This document shows, piece after piece, positions 54,138 to 64,000 of a stretch of 64,000 nt of DNA. The translations under genes and the position numbers were made by a program. Numbering within the stretch: position 1 is the first letter of the stretch; every line of letters starts with the position of its first letter. Below the pieces are notes generated by a model, which was not told where the DNA came from, ran no database searches, and worked only from the letters and a program-made list of their open reading frames with translations. The DNA lies in assembly GCA_964650355.1 (NCBI GenBank), contig CAZYTL010000007.1, positions 4,455-68,454 on the forward strand, given 5' to 3'. Source of the stretch: an uncultured Gammaproteobacteria bacterium (GTDB lineage Bacteria > Patescibacteriota > Microgenomatia > CAYXHB01 > CAZYTL01).

Positions 54138-54959
54138 TTATTGAGGATGGTGGTCAATGCCCCGGTATTTTTTGATGAAGCGCTGAACGCGGTCATGGTC
54201 GAAGTCGTTAAACTTATCGATTCTGGTCCAGGCCGTGAGGGCGATACGAGTATCCAGTTTGGGATAAGGGGCCAAGATCACATGATCCGCATATTGATTA
54301 ACGATATTGGTTAGCTCAGTAATTAATAGTTGGCATTCAGGACTGGCTTCAGGTGCTGGTTGAGCGCTGGCTGTGGATTCTACTGGTTGAGTTTCACCTG
54401 TGCCTGCCTGGGCGATGGCAATTCCGGTAGAGTCCAGCATTTGTAGATCCCCGCTGCCGTCACCAGCAGGCGGAGTCAATTCAACTGTGATATTTTCTCC
54501 GGTGGTAGAGTTTGGTTCACAATTATATTGGACCATGACTCCCCCGTCTTCTAAGTTATGCACCTGCAGCTCGTCAGGGATGGATTGGTCATGAATACCC
54601 CAGACTGCCAGCTGATCAAGGTGAGGACCTGAGGTGGGGGGATTGGAATTATAAGGCTCGTGTTGCGCATCCAGAGAAGGAATATGCGCGTTACCTAAGC
54701 TGGGCACGAGTTGCCCGGGTAGTGGCTGCAACAAGTTGGTATATGCCCACCACCCTAAACCAATGAGCAAAACTACACCGATTAAGCCGATAGCGTACTT
54801 GGTCAATTTGCCTTTCTTGGCTGTAGCTTCCCTTTGTTCACGTTTCCACTGGCGTTTCCATTTTTTACGCTCAGCTTTGGTCATTTGCTGCCAGTTGTCG
54901 GGGTGTTTCATAAATCCGGGTTTACTGTCTGAATTGTATGAGCCTGGCTGCGCTGCCAA
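54138..54959 (-). CDS. DUF3105 family membrane-anchored protein
   Basis: YNSNPPTSGPH and VHNLEDGGVMVQY motifs. KR-rich N-terminus plus a TM. Confidence 0.5.
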   Translation of the reverse strand: MAAQPGSYNSDSKPGFMKHPDNWQQMTKAERKKWKRQWKREQREATAKKGKLTKYAIGLIGVVLLIGLGWWAYTNLLQPLPGQLVPSLGNAHIPSLDAQHEPYNSNPPTSGPHLDQLAVWGIHDQSIPDELQVHNLEDGGVMVQYNCEPNSTTGENITVELTPPAGDGSGDLQMLDSTGIAIAQAGTGETQPVESTASAQPAPEASPECQLLITELTNIVNQYADHVILAPYPKLDTRIALTAWTRIDKFNDFDHDRVQRFIKKYRGIDHHPQ

Positions 54960-55662
54960 AGCGGTTTAAAAAGTATCCGGACAGCAAGCCGAAATTTCCG
55001 CTTAATACCAGCAAGCCATAGACAATCACTACTCCACCGGCAGCTCGATTAAGAAGATATGAGTAATGATTGATTTTCCTTATTATAGGGGATATTTTAT
55101 CAAAAAGTAAACCCAAAGCAACGAAAGGCAGAGCTAGACCAAGAGAAAATAAAATTAAGAGTAAAGCTCCTTGAGTAAAAGTGGCCTGAGAAGCAACCCA
55201 AAACAAAATGGCCGCCAATACCGGTCCAATGCAAGGCGTCCAGGCCAGGCCAAAAGTGATGCCCAAGAGAACTGCTCCTTGAGAGTGAATGGCGTCTTTA
55301 GGGAAAGAGCTACCTGGGTTTTTGTTCAGCCAAGGTAAATTAATAATCTGGGACATTTGTAACCCAAAAACGATTAACACCAATCCGCTGAATTTTTGCA
55401 GAAGGGGACGATAGACAGACAAAAGTCTGAAAAAAGTGTTGACCGTCAGACCAAGTGACAGAAATACCAGCAAGAAACCAGCGACGAAGAATAAGGCGTT
55501 CTTAGTAAATACCCGTTTTTGATGATTGGTTAAATCTTGAGGTAAACTACCAGCCAAATAACTAATGTAGATCGGAGCCATGGGTGCCAAGCAACCGGTA
55601 AAAAAGGTTAAAATTCCGGCCGCAAAAGCAATTCCCAGATTAAGTAGAGTCACAGGTACCAT
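54922..55662 (-). CDS. ccdA: cytochrome c biogenesis/thiol-disulfide transporter CcdA family
   Basis: TGCLAPMAPIYISYL in TM1 and WTPCIGPVLAAIL in TM4, the two conserved Cys positions. Confidence 0.65.
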   Translation of the reverse strand: MVPVTLLNLGIAFAAGILTFFTGCLAPMAPIYISYLAGSLPQDLTNHQKRVFTKNALFFVAGFLLVFLSLGLTVNTFFRLLSVYRPLLQKFSGLVLIVFGLQMSQIINLPWLNKNPGSSFPKDAIHSQGAVLLGITFGLAWTPCIGPVLAAILFWVASQATFTQGALLLILFSLGLALPFVALGLLFDKISPIIRKINHYSYLLNRAAGGVVIVYGLLVLSGNFGLLSGYFLNRFGSAARLIQFRQ

Positions 55663-55676
55663 TGATAGGCATGATT

Positions 55677-56480
55677 TTAAGATTGAGCCAACATCCCGTC
55701 AATTGCCTGCTTCATTTGCGTTAAGGGCAGGGCGCCAGGAATCAGTTGTGTTTTACCGGTTTTGGTATCCAGAAGAATGTTGGTGGGAGTGGCGTTTACC
55801 CCCGCTTTGATCCCGGATTGGTAATCGGCCTCTACCACCGATTTAGTTTTGCCACTGTCAAGACAAGTTTGAAATTGACTTTGATTAATTCCTACCTGGC
55901 CGGCTAATACAGGAAGTTGATCCTCTGACAAACCGTTATTAGATGGCGTAGTCGCAAAGATTTTATCTACGTAAGCCCAAAATTTATCTTCGCCTCCAAG
56001 TTCAGCCACGCATTCGCTAGCCACGGCTTCGTTAGGAGCTTTTGAATGGAGCTGGGCAATGGGAAAATGGCGATAAACCCAGGCCACCTGGCCGTTGTAA
56101 TCATCCAAGATCTGTTGAGCGGTGGGGTGGAATTGCTTACAAAAAGGACACTCTAAGTCAGAGTACTCAATCAACATGATTCGAGCTTGACGATCACCTC
56201 TAACGTGGTCCTGGTCAGTGACAGGATTAACGTCGTCGGCTGTCTGTACAGCGGGGGCTTGGGCATTGCCGGCCTGGACATTAGGTTGAGGGTTGTTACC
56301 GACCGCGGAAGGACTATTGCCAGTGGTGGTGGTTTGGGTTCCCGAAGACAATTCAGCCACTTTCTTTTCTAATGTTTGCATTCGGTTATAAAACATGCCC
56401 ACGATAAATGCGGCTGCGATTAAAAGGAGGATCACAGGAGTGCTGAACATTGGTGATTTCTGAGGGGTTTTATTTTCCAT
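55677..56480 (-). CDS. DsbA-family thioredoxin-like oxidoreductase (membrane-anchored)
   Basis: CxxC active site (LECPFCKQFH). N-terminal TM plus a low-complexity linker. Confidence 0.65.
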   Translation of the reverse strand: MENKTPQKSPMFSTPVILLLIAAAFIVGMFYNRMQTLEKKVAELSSGTQTTTTGNSPSAVGNNPQPNVQAGNAQAPAVQTADDVNPVTDQDHVRGDRQARIMLIEYSDLECPFCKQFHPTAQQILDDYNGQVAWVYRHFPIAQLHSKAPNEAVASECVAELGGEDKFWAYVDKIFATTPSNNGLSEDQLPVLAGQVGINQSQFQTCLDSGKTKSVVEADYQSGIKAGVNATPTNILLDTKTGKTQLIPGALPLTQMKQAIDGMLAQS

Positions 56481-56564
56481 AAGTTGAATTTGTGAATAAC
56501 TAGTATTAGTTATTTACGACAACTGTAGTAGTTGGTGGAATGCGTGTCAAGAGGCAATCCTTAA

Positions 56565-57545
56565 CTATTGTTTAACCAAAGAGGAATACAACGCAGAGCT
56601 GTAATTAAGGTTGGCAAAGGTGGCCATCTGGCTATCAGTAAGGCAATAAATTGAACATTGCTGAGAGCCACAGTGGTCAGGAGTGATGGTGGCTGCCAGA
56701 ACTTGGCTGCGGCGAGGAAGGAACCAAAGGTTCAAACCCAGCAGGACAACTAAAACAGAAATCAACAGGGCAGGTAAAGGCACGTGGTGGGAGACCGTTG
56801 GTTGCTCTAGAAGTTGTGAAAGTCGTTCTTTGACGTGCTGGGATGCAAATCCGGAATAAGGACCAGCACTTTCTGAAGGGATTACTCTGGCTAAGGCCAG
56901 CTTCAAATATCTATCGCTTTGCTGTTGGTTTAAGGCATATAAATCTGCCTGATGTTCGCAGATGACCCGCAACTTGTTAACCAGAACGCGGATTATGGGA
57001 AGGAAAAATAAACAAGTGGCCAGCAGATCGCTGATAATTAACAGGCGATTATGGCGTTGGCGCAGATGATAGATCTCATGGAGAACTACTGCTTCAAGCT
57101 GTCCAAGGGTGAGCAGATTAATTAGGCCGGTGGAAATTAGAATGCGGGGTTGGAGAATTCCAAAGGTAAAGGCCTCGTGTCCAGGATGGTTAACCACTAA
57201 TAATTGGCGAACAGAGAGGTGGTGTTTGCGAATGAGGGGCCACAATTTAGCAGGCGTAGAGAGCGCTGGGTGATCAAGCAGCCTTTGAGTTCTTTGCCGG
57301 GTTTTGATTAAAGAAAGCCCCAATCTGACTATGCCCATGCCGGTTACTAAACCCATGAAGACAACTATGCCTAATCCCATATAATGAATTCTCCCGGAGA
57401 AAAAATTCTGGCCGATCGATTGGCAGTTGGCTGTCCAATAACCGAAAATTAGGGGCTGGTATTTGCTCATCAATCCACCCAATCCCAAGAACCCTGCCAG
57501 GCCAAGGGCGCTAATAGCGGCAAAATAACGATGTTCAAGATTCAT
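56565..57545 (-). CDS. BlaR1/MecR1-like M56 family membrane metallopeptidase
   Basis: HEIYHL (HExxH). Multi-TM. Downstream of a blaI-like gene. Confidence 0.7.
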   Translation of the reverse strand: MNLEHRYFAAISALGLAGFLGLGGLMSKYQPLIFGYWTANCQSIGQNFFSGRIHYMGLGIVVFMGLVTGMGIVRLGLSLIKTRQRTQRLLDHPALSTPAKLWPLIRKHHLSVRQLLVVNHPGHEAFTFGILQPRILISTGLINLLTLGQLEAVVLHEIYHLRQRHNRLLIISDLLATCLFFLPIIRVLVNKLRVICEHQADLYALNQQQSDRYLKLALARVIPSESAGPYSGFASQHVKERLSQLLEQPTVSHHVPLPALLISVLVVLLGLNLWFLPRRSQVLAATITPDHCGSQQCSIYCLTDSQMATFANLNYSSALYSSLVKQ

Positions 57546-57562
57546 ACACGGAGAGAGGGAAA

Positions 57563-57970
57563 CTAACGCTTTGATTTTGTTTGACCCTGGTTTGGCTTCT
57601 TCAATTCCTGAATAAAGAATTGCTTTTCTTCGTCTGAGAGTTGATTGAGCTCGTTGGCAAAGGCCACCACTGCTTCCTGGCCGAACTGATTTACTAAAGG
57701 CTGAAACACATGATGCACTAAGGATTTGATAGCTTGTTTGGGTGAGATTTTAGAAGAGTAAACAAAAGCTCTCCCCTGTTTTTTTCTTGTTAATAAGCCT
57801 TTATCCGTCAACCGATTCATAATGGTCATCACCGTGGTATAGGCTACTGACTTTTTGTTTCGGAGACAGTTAAAAATCCGCCGCACGCTGACGGCTTGCT
57901 CATCGTGATGATGCCAGACACAATTGAGAATTTCCTGTTCCAGAGGACCGAGCGAAGTGATTTTTTTCAT
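57563..57970 (-). CDS. BlaI/MecI/CopY-family transcriptional repressor
   Basis: N-terminal winged helix LGPLEQEILNCVW....AYTTVMTIMNRLTDKGLLTRKK is the penicillinase-repressor family signature. Confidence 0.75.
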   Translation of the reverse strand: MKKITSLGPLEQEILNCVWHHHDEQAVSVRRIFNCLRNKKSVAYTTVMTIMNRLTDKGLLTRKKQGRAFVYSSKISPKQAIKSLVHHVFQPLVNQFGQEAVVAFANELNQLSDEEKQFFIQELKKPNQGQTKSKR

Positions 57971-58257
57971 TACTATAATTGTAGTAATGGATCAGCAAAT
58001 TATCAACTGTTAACCGATCCATAGATCAATAAACATTGATGTGGTTGGTCAGTTCATGTTTTTGTTTATCCTCGTCTGAAACTTCCGCGACAACCCGTCT
58101 GTAGGAAACGACCATACCGAGTTCCAATTGCCATGTTTTGTCAAATTCGATTCGCGGATTAGAATCGACAGGAGTAATGTCTTCGTTACCCATATTGCGG
58201 TTTATTCTACTAAATAGTCATGGGTTAATGTTCCGTGTCCAGCGATTTAACTCAATT

Positions 58258-59901
58258 TCAGAGTTTCAATTTATCTGCAGCCATTTTAAGTTTGATTTTG
58301 ACTTTCTGCTGACGGGAATCAACGACTAAAGATTTTTGATATAAATCTTTGGCAATCTGCCAGTCGCCGTGAGCCATATAAATATCAGCTACTTTATTCA
58401 TGGCTTCCACCCCTTGGGGATTTTTGATCATCGCTCCTACGAGGTAATACATGGATGCAGGTATTTCCTGATGAGAGAAAAATTTCATACCTTCGTCAAG
58501 GAAAAACTGATAGTTGTCTATCTGATTGGTAAAATACTCAGAACTATTCATGACTTGATCGGGTATTCCATGGTTTATGAATATGTATCCGATATTATTG
58601 ATGGATGAAGCGCTCCGGGGGTTAGCTTTTAGGGCCTGCCCGAAATATTTGATGGCCTGATTAAAATTGCTTTTTTGATAATATATCAAACCCAAATCAT
58701 GGTATGGTCTATCACTGTAAGGAGAAGCTTTGACGTTTGCCCGAGCGAGTTTTTCAGGAGTGTCGTAATCTGCGTTGCGAATTATGGTGCGAATAGACAA
58801 AAGTAATGTAATTAGGGGTACGGACACTATGATAAATGTTTTCTTTTTAATTCCCTGGGTCATTTTAATTAATAAAAGTGCAATCAGAGTGCCATAGAAA
58901 ACGGTTCCCAGGTATAAGTATCTTTCGGCCATACTCCAGGTGATTTTAACTGGGCTAAAACAAGGACCCAAAACAACAATTAATAAAATCATCAGACCGG
59001 CAATTTGCGTGTTTTTCTTCCAAAAATATGCAATCGCCAGTCCGTAAAAGACTGAGATGAAAAGCATTAGATGGTAACTCATTGAGGTGATGATGTTGCC
59101 ATCGTAATAATTTTTTAAATCTAAAGGAAAAACGTACAAGCGTAACATCGAAGAGATGGTGAAAGGGTAACTTTGTAGAACGGGACTGAGAGCTTGTTGG
59201 TTAATGTAATATCCATCAGCTCTGCCTGTCATGCGCGTATCAATGCTACCCTCGAGGGAGTATAAGATAAACAAACCAGTGGGTAAGAGGAAATAAATAA
59301 GATAAGTTAGCGACCGCCAATTAAATCTCTTTTCCAAGATAAACTGGTCAATGATGATTAGTGCAAAAGGTAAAGTTAACACCCAGGGAGTGCGCGTCAA
59401 TAACAAGGCCAACGTATAAACCACCAATGACAGAATTAAGTAATTAGTCTTCTTAGTTTGTTTAAAATGAACATAACAGATTAGAGATGAAAGTAAAAAG
59501 ATGGCATTAATCAGGTAAGAGCTACCGCTGATCCAGCTAACAGCTTCGGTGTTGATCGGATGGACAGCGAAAATCAAAGCCGCCACTCGAGCGGGTTGTT
59601 CGCCCCAAATTTTATAGATTAGGGCGAAAGCCAGGATGACCGCGAAGATATGCAGGGTTAAGGAAAAAAGGTGAAAGGGTAGGGGATTGGCCCCGAAGAC
59701 ATTTTTAAAGGCTGAGAAAATGATGGTCTGGAGATGGAGTGACCTTAGATTGTCCGTGTAGTTATCCAGGCGATTACTGGTGACAATCCCAGGGATGTCA
59801 TCTGGATAGACAAACTCTCCAGGTAAGGCATTGGCATAAACGCAAAAAGTCACGATTACCAATAGCAACAAGTATTTCCAGTTTTGTTTGAGGACGACCA
59901 T
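58258..59901 (-). CDS. GT-C-like polytopic membrane protein with C-terminal TPR repeats
   Basis: About 11 TM helices over aa 1-380, then TPR-like helices (YHDLGLIYYQKSNFNQAIKYFGQALKANP; YMAHGDWQIAKDLYQKS). Confidence 0.5.
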   Translation of the reverse strand: MVVLKQNWKYLLLLVIVTFCVYANALPGEFVYPDDIPGIVTSNRLDNYTDNLRSLHLQTIIFSAFKNVFGANPLPFHLFSLTLHIFAVILAFALIYKIWGEQPARVAALIFAVHPINTEAVSWISGSSYLINAIFLLSSLICYVHFKQTKKTNYLILSLVVYTLALLLTRTPWVLTLPFALIIIDQFILEKRFNWRSLTYLIYFLLPTGLFILYSLEGSIDTRMTGRADGYYINQQALSPVLQSYPFTISSMLRLYVFPLDLKNYYDGNIITSMSYHLMLFISVFYGLAIAYFWKKNTQIAGLMILLIVVLGPCFSPVKITWSMAERYLYLGTVFYGTLIALLLIKMTQGIKKKTFIIVSVPLITLLLSIRTIIRNADYDTPEKLARANVKASPYSDRPYHDLGLIYYQKSNFNQAIKYFGQALKANPRSASSINNIGYIFINHGIPDQVMNSSEYFTNQIDNYQFFLDEGMKFFSHQEIPASMYYLVGAMIKNPQGVEAMNKVADIYMAHGDWQIAKDLYQKSLVVDSRQQKVKIKLKMAADKLKL

Positions 59902-59951
59902 CCATCTTAATTATACGCACCGTACGGGAACTCTTAATACCAAAATTACGA

Positions 59952-61658
59952 TTATTTCATAGCGGCTTTGATGAACTCCACAAACATGGGGTGAGGATGG
60001 AGAGGGTAAGACCGATACTCAGGATGTCCTTGAGTGGCGATAAAAAAGGGATGCATCTTTCTGGGCAGTTCTATCATTTCTACAAAGAAATTATCTGGTG
60101 ACATGCCGGAAAATATCATTCCGTGGTCTTCCAGCGCTTGCTTATAATCGTTGTTAAATTCATACCTATGTCTATGCCGCTCTTCAATCACTCCTGTTTG
60201 GCCCTTTTTAAACCCATGATGCCGCTGGTAAATCGAGTAGGCTAGAGTGCCCGGCTGCAACACACAATCAAAAGTTCCCAACCGCATGGATACCCCGTCA
60301 CCTTTAATCACCTGATATTTGGAGTCGAAAGGGATGCTGTGAATAATCGGATACTTGGTTTGAGGATCTACTTCTTCGGTGTGCGCTGTTTTCCAACCCA
60401 CCACGCGGCGGGCAAATTCCACACAGGCCAGTTGCATGCCATAACACAAACCCAGATACGGGACTTGGTTTTCGCGCGCATACTTAATGGCTTTGATTTT
60501 GCCTTCTATCCCTCTGGATCCCCAGCCAATAGGCACGATGATCCCTTGGGCTTCTTTTAATAACTCATCCAGGTCGTCTGCCTGTTTCTCAGCATTGATG
60601 CAAAGTAGTTCTAATTCTGCGTCGTTAGCTAAACATCCGTGCTTAATGGCTTCGACTAAAGCATAATAGGCGTCGAGCAACTGAAACGCACCTGAACCAA
60701 AATACTTGCCGACAATGGCAATTTTTACTTGTTTGGTTTTCTTCTGGGCCCGGTGGTTAACGAATTTTTGCCAGGATCTTAAGTTTGTGGGTTTAGGTCT
60801 CCTAATGTTAAAAAATTTCAAGATCCGCTCATCTAACTTTTGGCGATGTAAAAGTAAAGGCACCTGGTGAAAGTCCGGAAGATTCTCGTTGGAAAACACG
60901 GCTTCGGGTTTGATATGAAATTTCATGGCAAATTTGTATCTCCTTTGCTCGTCCACTGGTTGTTCGCTGCGAATGACTATGAAGTTGGGAGTAATCCCCA
61001 TGGACATCAGCTGCTTAATTCCGAATTGGGCGGGTTTGGTTTTGGGCTCTCCCACATGCGGGGGAATGGGCACATAAGTCACGTGCACATTAGCTACCGG
61101 CTCATATAATCCCATGATCCTGGCAGCTTCGTAATATAAACCATTGTTGTTTTCGTATTCCCCTACTGTGCCGCCCAGTTCCATGATCACGAAATCAGCC
61201 TGACTGATTTCCGCCGCGGTGTGAATCCGGTCCATGATTTCATTCACAATGTGGGGAATGGGTTCCACGTCTTCGCCGTCATATTCCATTCTTCTCTCCC
61301 GGCCAATCACCGTGGAATATAACTGACCCATGGTCATGAAGTTGTTATATCCTACTTGCTGTTCTAAGAATCTCTCGTAATTGCCCAAGTCCTGGTCAGC
61401 TTCCAAACCATCAAAACACAAAAAGGGATCACCGTGTTCAATCGGGTTCAAGGTACCGAAATCAACATTGAGGTTATTCTCGCATTTAATCGGACAAATG
61501 GTATAACCGCGGCTCTTAAGTAATAACGCGATTGAAGCTGAAGTGACTCCTTTGCCCAGGGCGCTCATTACTCCACCGGACACGAAGATGTATTTGGCTT
61601 TACTTACTTTGGTTGTTTCAGGAGATGTTACGGTATACTTTTTGACAACTGGCACCAT
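59952..61658 (-). CDS. pyrG: CTP synthase
   Basis: N-terminal synthetase domain (IFVSGGVMSALGKGVTSAS). C-terminal glutamine amidotransferase domain with GLCYGMQ and the His-Glu pair. Confidence 0.9.
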   Translation of the reverse strand: MVPVVKKYTVTSPETTKVSKAKYIFVSGGVMSALGKGVTSASIALLLKSRGYTICPIKCENNLNVDFGTLNPIEHGDPFLCFDGLEADQDLGNYERFLEQQVGYNNFMTMGQLYSTVIGRERRMEYDGEDVEPIPHIVNEIMDRIHTAAEISQADFVIMELGGTVGEYENNNGLYYEAARIMGLYEPVANVHVTYVPIPPHVGEPKTKPAQFGIKQLMSMGITPNFIVIRSEQPVDEQRRYKFAMKFHIKPEAVFSNENLPDFHQVPLLLHRQKLDERILKFFNIRRPKPTNLRSWQKFVNHRAQKKTKQVKIAIVGKYFGSGAFQLLDAYYALVEAIKHGCLANDAELELLCINAEKQADDLDELLKEAQGIIVPIGWGSRGIEGKIKAIKYARENQVPYLGLCYGMQLACVEFARRVVGWKTAHTEEVDPQTKYPIIHSIPFDSKYQVIKGDGVSMRLGTFDCVLQPGTLAYSIYQRHHGFKKGQTGVIEERHRHRYEFNNDYKQALEDHGMIFSGMSPDNFFVEMIELPRKMHPFFIATQGHPEYRSYPLHPHPMFVEFIKAAMK

Positions 61659-61780
61659 TTATTTTTAGCTGATCGTTGTCTATCTGTCAACCACAATCTG
61701 TTTCCCTGTCAAAAGACACGTTAAGGGAGGGTTTGGTTTATAATAGAGTCCAGCATCTGTCTTTTATTGTCATTAATTTT

Positions 61781-62278
61781 ATGGAGGAAGAATATCAAGT
61801 TGCTAAACGAATTATCTCTCAAATCATTTATCTAAACCTGGCTACTATTACACCAGAAGGTCAGCCGTGGAATACGCCGGTGTATTTTGCTTATGACCAA
61901 GAGTTGAATTTTTACTGGATATCGTGGACGAAAAACCAACACTCAATTAATGTCAAACAGAATTCCAGCTCCTTTGTGACGATCTATGATTCTACTGCGC
62001 CTGCAGATACCGGACTGGGAGTATATTTTCAAGGCAAAGCCAGCCAGATTACCAGTGTGAAAGAAATGCTGCACGCTCTTAAGCCTTTGTATTTAAGAAG
62101 AGATAAGAAGATGAGGTCGGTTAAACAGTTTATGCAGAAATTTCCCCGAAGAATTTATAAATTTATTCCCGAGAGAGTCTGGATCAACGGAGAAGGAGAT
62201 ATCAACGGCAATTTTATTGATGTGAGGATGGAACTGGATTTGAAGAAACTGGTTAAGGTAATTAATGAATCAAGCTAA
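61781..62278 (+). CDS. pyridoxamine 5'-phosphate oxidase-like (general stress protein 26-like) protein
   Basis: IIYLNLATITPEGQPWNTPVYFAYD...YWISW is the split-barrel pattern. Start moved to the ATG at 61781. Confidence 0.5.
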   Translation: MEEEYQVAKRIISQIIYLNLATITPEGQPWNTPVYFAYDQELNFYWISWTKNQHSINVKQNSSSFVTIYDSTAPADTGLGVYFQGKASQITSVKEMLHALKPLYLRRDKKMRSVKQFMQKFPRRIYKFIPERVWINGEGDINGNFIDVRMELDLKKLVKVINESS

Positions 62279-62285
62279 TCAATCT

Positions 62286-64000
62286 CTAATTTTTTTCAGG
62301 ATTTCGGTGTCGTCTTCTTTCTAATTCAGTAAGATATTTTTTCCTTAATCGAAGAGACTTAGGGGTAATCTCCAGTAACTCGTCTGATTCAAGAAAGTCC
62401 AATGATTGTTCCAGGCTTAATTTAACAGCCGGGGTTAACTGGATGGCAATATCAGCTGCAGCAGCCCGCATATTGGTCAGCTTTTTGCCTTTACAGACAT
62501 TGATGCTGATATCGTCATCTTTGGCGTTTTGGCCGACAATCATACCTTCATAAACCTGTTCTCCAGGCTCCACGAAAGTAATTCCCCTGCCTTGGGCATT
62601 TTCCAATCCGTAAGTTAAGGCATCTCCGCTGGTGGCTGAGATAAGGGCTCCTCTCCTAAGCTTGGGCAATGATTTGCCCACAGGTTGGTAACCGACTACT
62701 TGAGAACTGAAGATGGCTGTGCCTTTGGTTCTGGTAAGCAGGAGATTGCGTAAGCCAATGGTTGCCCTGGTGGGCAAGCGAAACACAAATTCGGTTTCGG
62801 AATCGTTGATATCAGCCATTTTTTCCATGATAGCAAATCTTTTACCCAGTTCCTGGCTGATGACACCGGAAAACTCCTTGTCCACGATGATATTGACTTC
62901 TTCTACCGGTTCCAGGGAGACACCGTTTTCCTGTTTGATAATTACTTCTGGTTTGCCCACTTCCATTTCGTAGCCTTCCCGCCTCAAGGTTTCCAGGAGG
63001 ATAGCCAGATGAAGTTCTCCCCTACCTGAGAGTTTAAACTTGCCGTTGGGTAAGAATTCTACTTGCAAACTTAAATTGCTTTCCAGTTCTTTTTCCAGTC
63101 TTTTTTGAATTTGGCGGGTAGTGGTGTATTGGCCTTCCCGACCGGAAAACGGTGAGGTGTTAGGCCCTATGGTCATGTGTAGAGTAGGACCGCCGATTTC
63201 TAATGAAGGTAAGGGCTGAATGTCTGAAGGATCCGCCAAAGTGGAGCCGATTTGGGCTTCATGAATACCGGACATGGCCACGATATCGCCGGCCAGAGCT
63301 TCCTGGATTTCGACTCTTTCCAGCCCACTGGCGGTCATTAATTTTTCTACTGTCCAGTATTTGGTAGGAGCAGAAGTTAAGACCACCTTTTGGCCCTTTT
63401 TGATCACCCCTTGATGAATTCTGCCAATGACGATTCTGCCCAGGTGGGGATTGTAGTCAAGGGAAGAGATGAGCATTTTGAAAGGCTGGTCAGGGTCGGC
63501 TTCAGGTCCGGGAATGAGATTAACGATGGTATCCAGCAAGGGTATCACGTCTGCCGGAGTATTGATGTCATCTGGTAACTGGGGAAAGACGGCGCCTCTT
63601 TTGCCCACGGCATAAAGGATTTCAAATTCAAGCGAAGACGGATCGTCTGCCAGTTCCAGAAAAAGTTCCTCCACTTTGGAGACCACTTCCTGAGGACGGG
63701 CGAATTTTTTGTCGATTTTATTAATCACCACGATGACTTTAAGATGCAACTGCAAAGCCTTTTTTAGGACGAATCTGGTTTGGGGCATGGGGCCTTCCTG
63801 CGCGTCTACTATTAATAAGGCTCCGTCAGCCATACTTAAGGTTCTTTCCACTTCTCCTGAAAAGTCAGCATGGCCAGGAGTATCAATGATGTTGATCTTG
63901 ATGCCTTGGTAGTTAATTGCACAGTTCTTGGCCAGGATAGTGATGCCTTTTTCCCGTTCCAGATCATTACTATCCAGAATCCTTTCCATGGACATTTCTT
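62286..64000 (-). CDS. typA: translational GTPase TypA/BipA (the N-terminal ~25 aa lie beyond the window)
   Basis: MDSNDLEREKGITILAKN, DTPGHADF and NKIDK G-motifs. C-terminal CKGKKLTNMRA is typical of BipA. Confidence 0.85.
   Translation of the reverse strand, partial: EMSMERILDSNDLEREKGITILAKNCAINYQGIKINIIDTPGHADFSGEVERTLSMADGALLIVDAQEGPMPQTRFVLKKALQLHLKVIVVINKIDKKFARPQEVVSKVEELFLELADDPSSLEFEILYAVGKRGAVFPQLPDDINTPADVIPLLDTIVNLIPGPEADPDQPFKMLISSLDYNPHLGRIVIGRIHQGVIKKGQKVVLTSAPTKYWTVEKLMTASGLERVEIQEALAGDIVAMSGIHEAQIGSTLADPSDIQPLPSLEIGGPTLHMTIGPNTSPFSGREGQYTTTRQIQKRLEKELESNLSLQVEFLPNGKFKLSGRGELHLAILLETLRREGYEMEVGKPEVIIKQENGVSLEPVEEVNIIVDKEFSGVISQELGKRFAIMEKMADINDSETEFVFRLPTRATIGLRNLLLTRTKGTAIFSSQVVGYQPVGKSLPKLRRGALISATSGDALTYGLENAQGRGITFVEPGEQVYEGMIVGQNAKDDDISINVCKGKKLTNMRAAAADIAIQLTPAVKLSLEQSLDFLESDELLEITPKSLRLRKKYLTELERRRHRNPEKN

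Noticed and set aside
57970-57987. TTACTA-N6-TAGTAA palindrome abutting the blaI start as a BlaI operator
   Set aside because: It has only 6-nt arms, does not match TACAnnTGTA, and overlaps the start codon. It is too weak to call.
58019-58195. 57-aa minus-strand ORF between blaI and the TPR membrane gene
   Set aside because: It has no SD and an unremarkable composition, and nothing else supports it.
1-64000. CRISPR arrays and rRNA genes
   Set aside because: I saw no regularly spaced direct repeats and no rRNA-like conserved stretches anywhere in the window.

Overview
This 64 kb window is a bacterial chromosomal segment of moderate to low GC with strong AGGAGG-type ribosome-binding sites. 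It may come from a small-genome Gram-positive-like or CPR/Patescibacteria-like organism, but that is inference only. I found no CRISPR array and no rRNA.

Main blocks from left to right:
- **T4SS-like start (1-1196):** the 3' end of a VirB4/TraC-like T4SS ATPase, followed by an M23 peptidase gene with an apparent frameshift.
- **Low-GC island (about 1.2-10.7 kb):** a secreted PD40 beta-propeller repeat protein, a complete type III restriction-modification operon (mod-res), a small helix-turn-helix gene and a Zn-ribbon gene separated by an A8 tract, a membrane-anchored HerA/DUF87-like ATPase, and a lysine-rich ORF.
- **xseA-xseB.**
- **Non-coding region (about 820 nt):** a promoter plus terminator bounded candidate sRNA, a highly structured segment, and an atypical tRNA. 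Next to it sits a small module of a single-HKD PLD-like nuclease plus two coupled small ORFs.
- **Membrane proteins:** TspO and DedA.
- **Glycosyltransferase array:** four tandem paralogous polytopic membrane proteins (GT87/DUF2029-like) with an embedded PIG-V-like GT-C gene, further GT-C-like membrane proteins, and a PAP2 phosphatase.
- **Two paralogous small 2-TM pilin-like proteins, then SecD-SecF.**
- **tRNA locus:** a free-standing GIY-YIG (YhbQ-like) nuclease gene lies between a duplicated 28-nt 5' fragment of tRNA-Leu and the intact tRNA-Leu(GAG), followed by tRNA-Val(TAC).
- **Copper/redox cluster (about 39.8-56.5 kb):** an ArsR-YHS regulator, DUF1573 proteins (one fused to rhodanese), a Met-rich protein, DoxX, CcdA-like proteins, a cupredoxin with a cop-box promoter, a CopB-type P1B ATPase with an upstream CsoR, a second divergent CsoR-like gene with an LTXXQ protein, and DsbA/CcdA.
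- **Housekeeping right end:** ldh, a BlaI/BlaR1-like pair, pyrG, and a typA fragment.

The best candidates for something new are the tRNA-Leu/GIY-YIG duplication architecture, the membrane-HerA module beside the type III R-M in the low-GC island, and the A8-split HTH/Zn-ribbon regulator.
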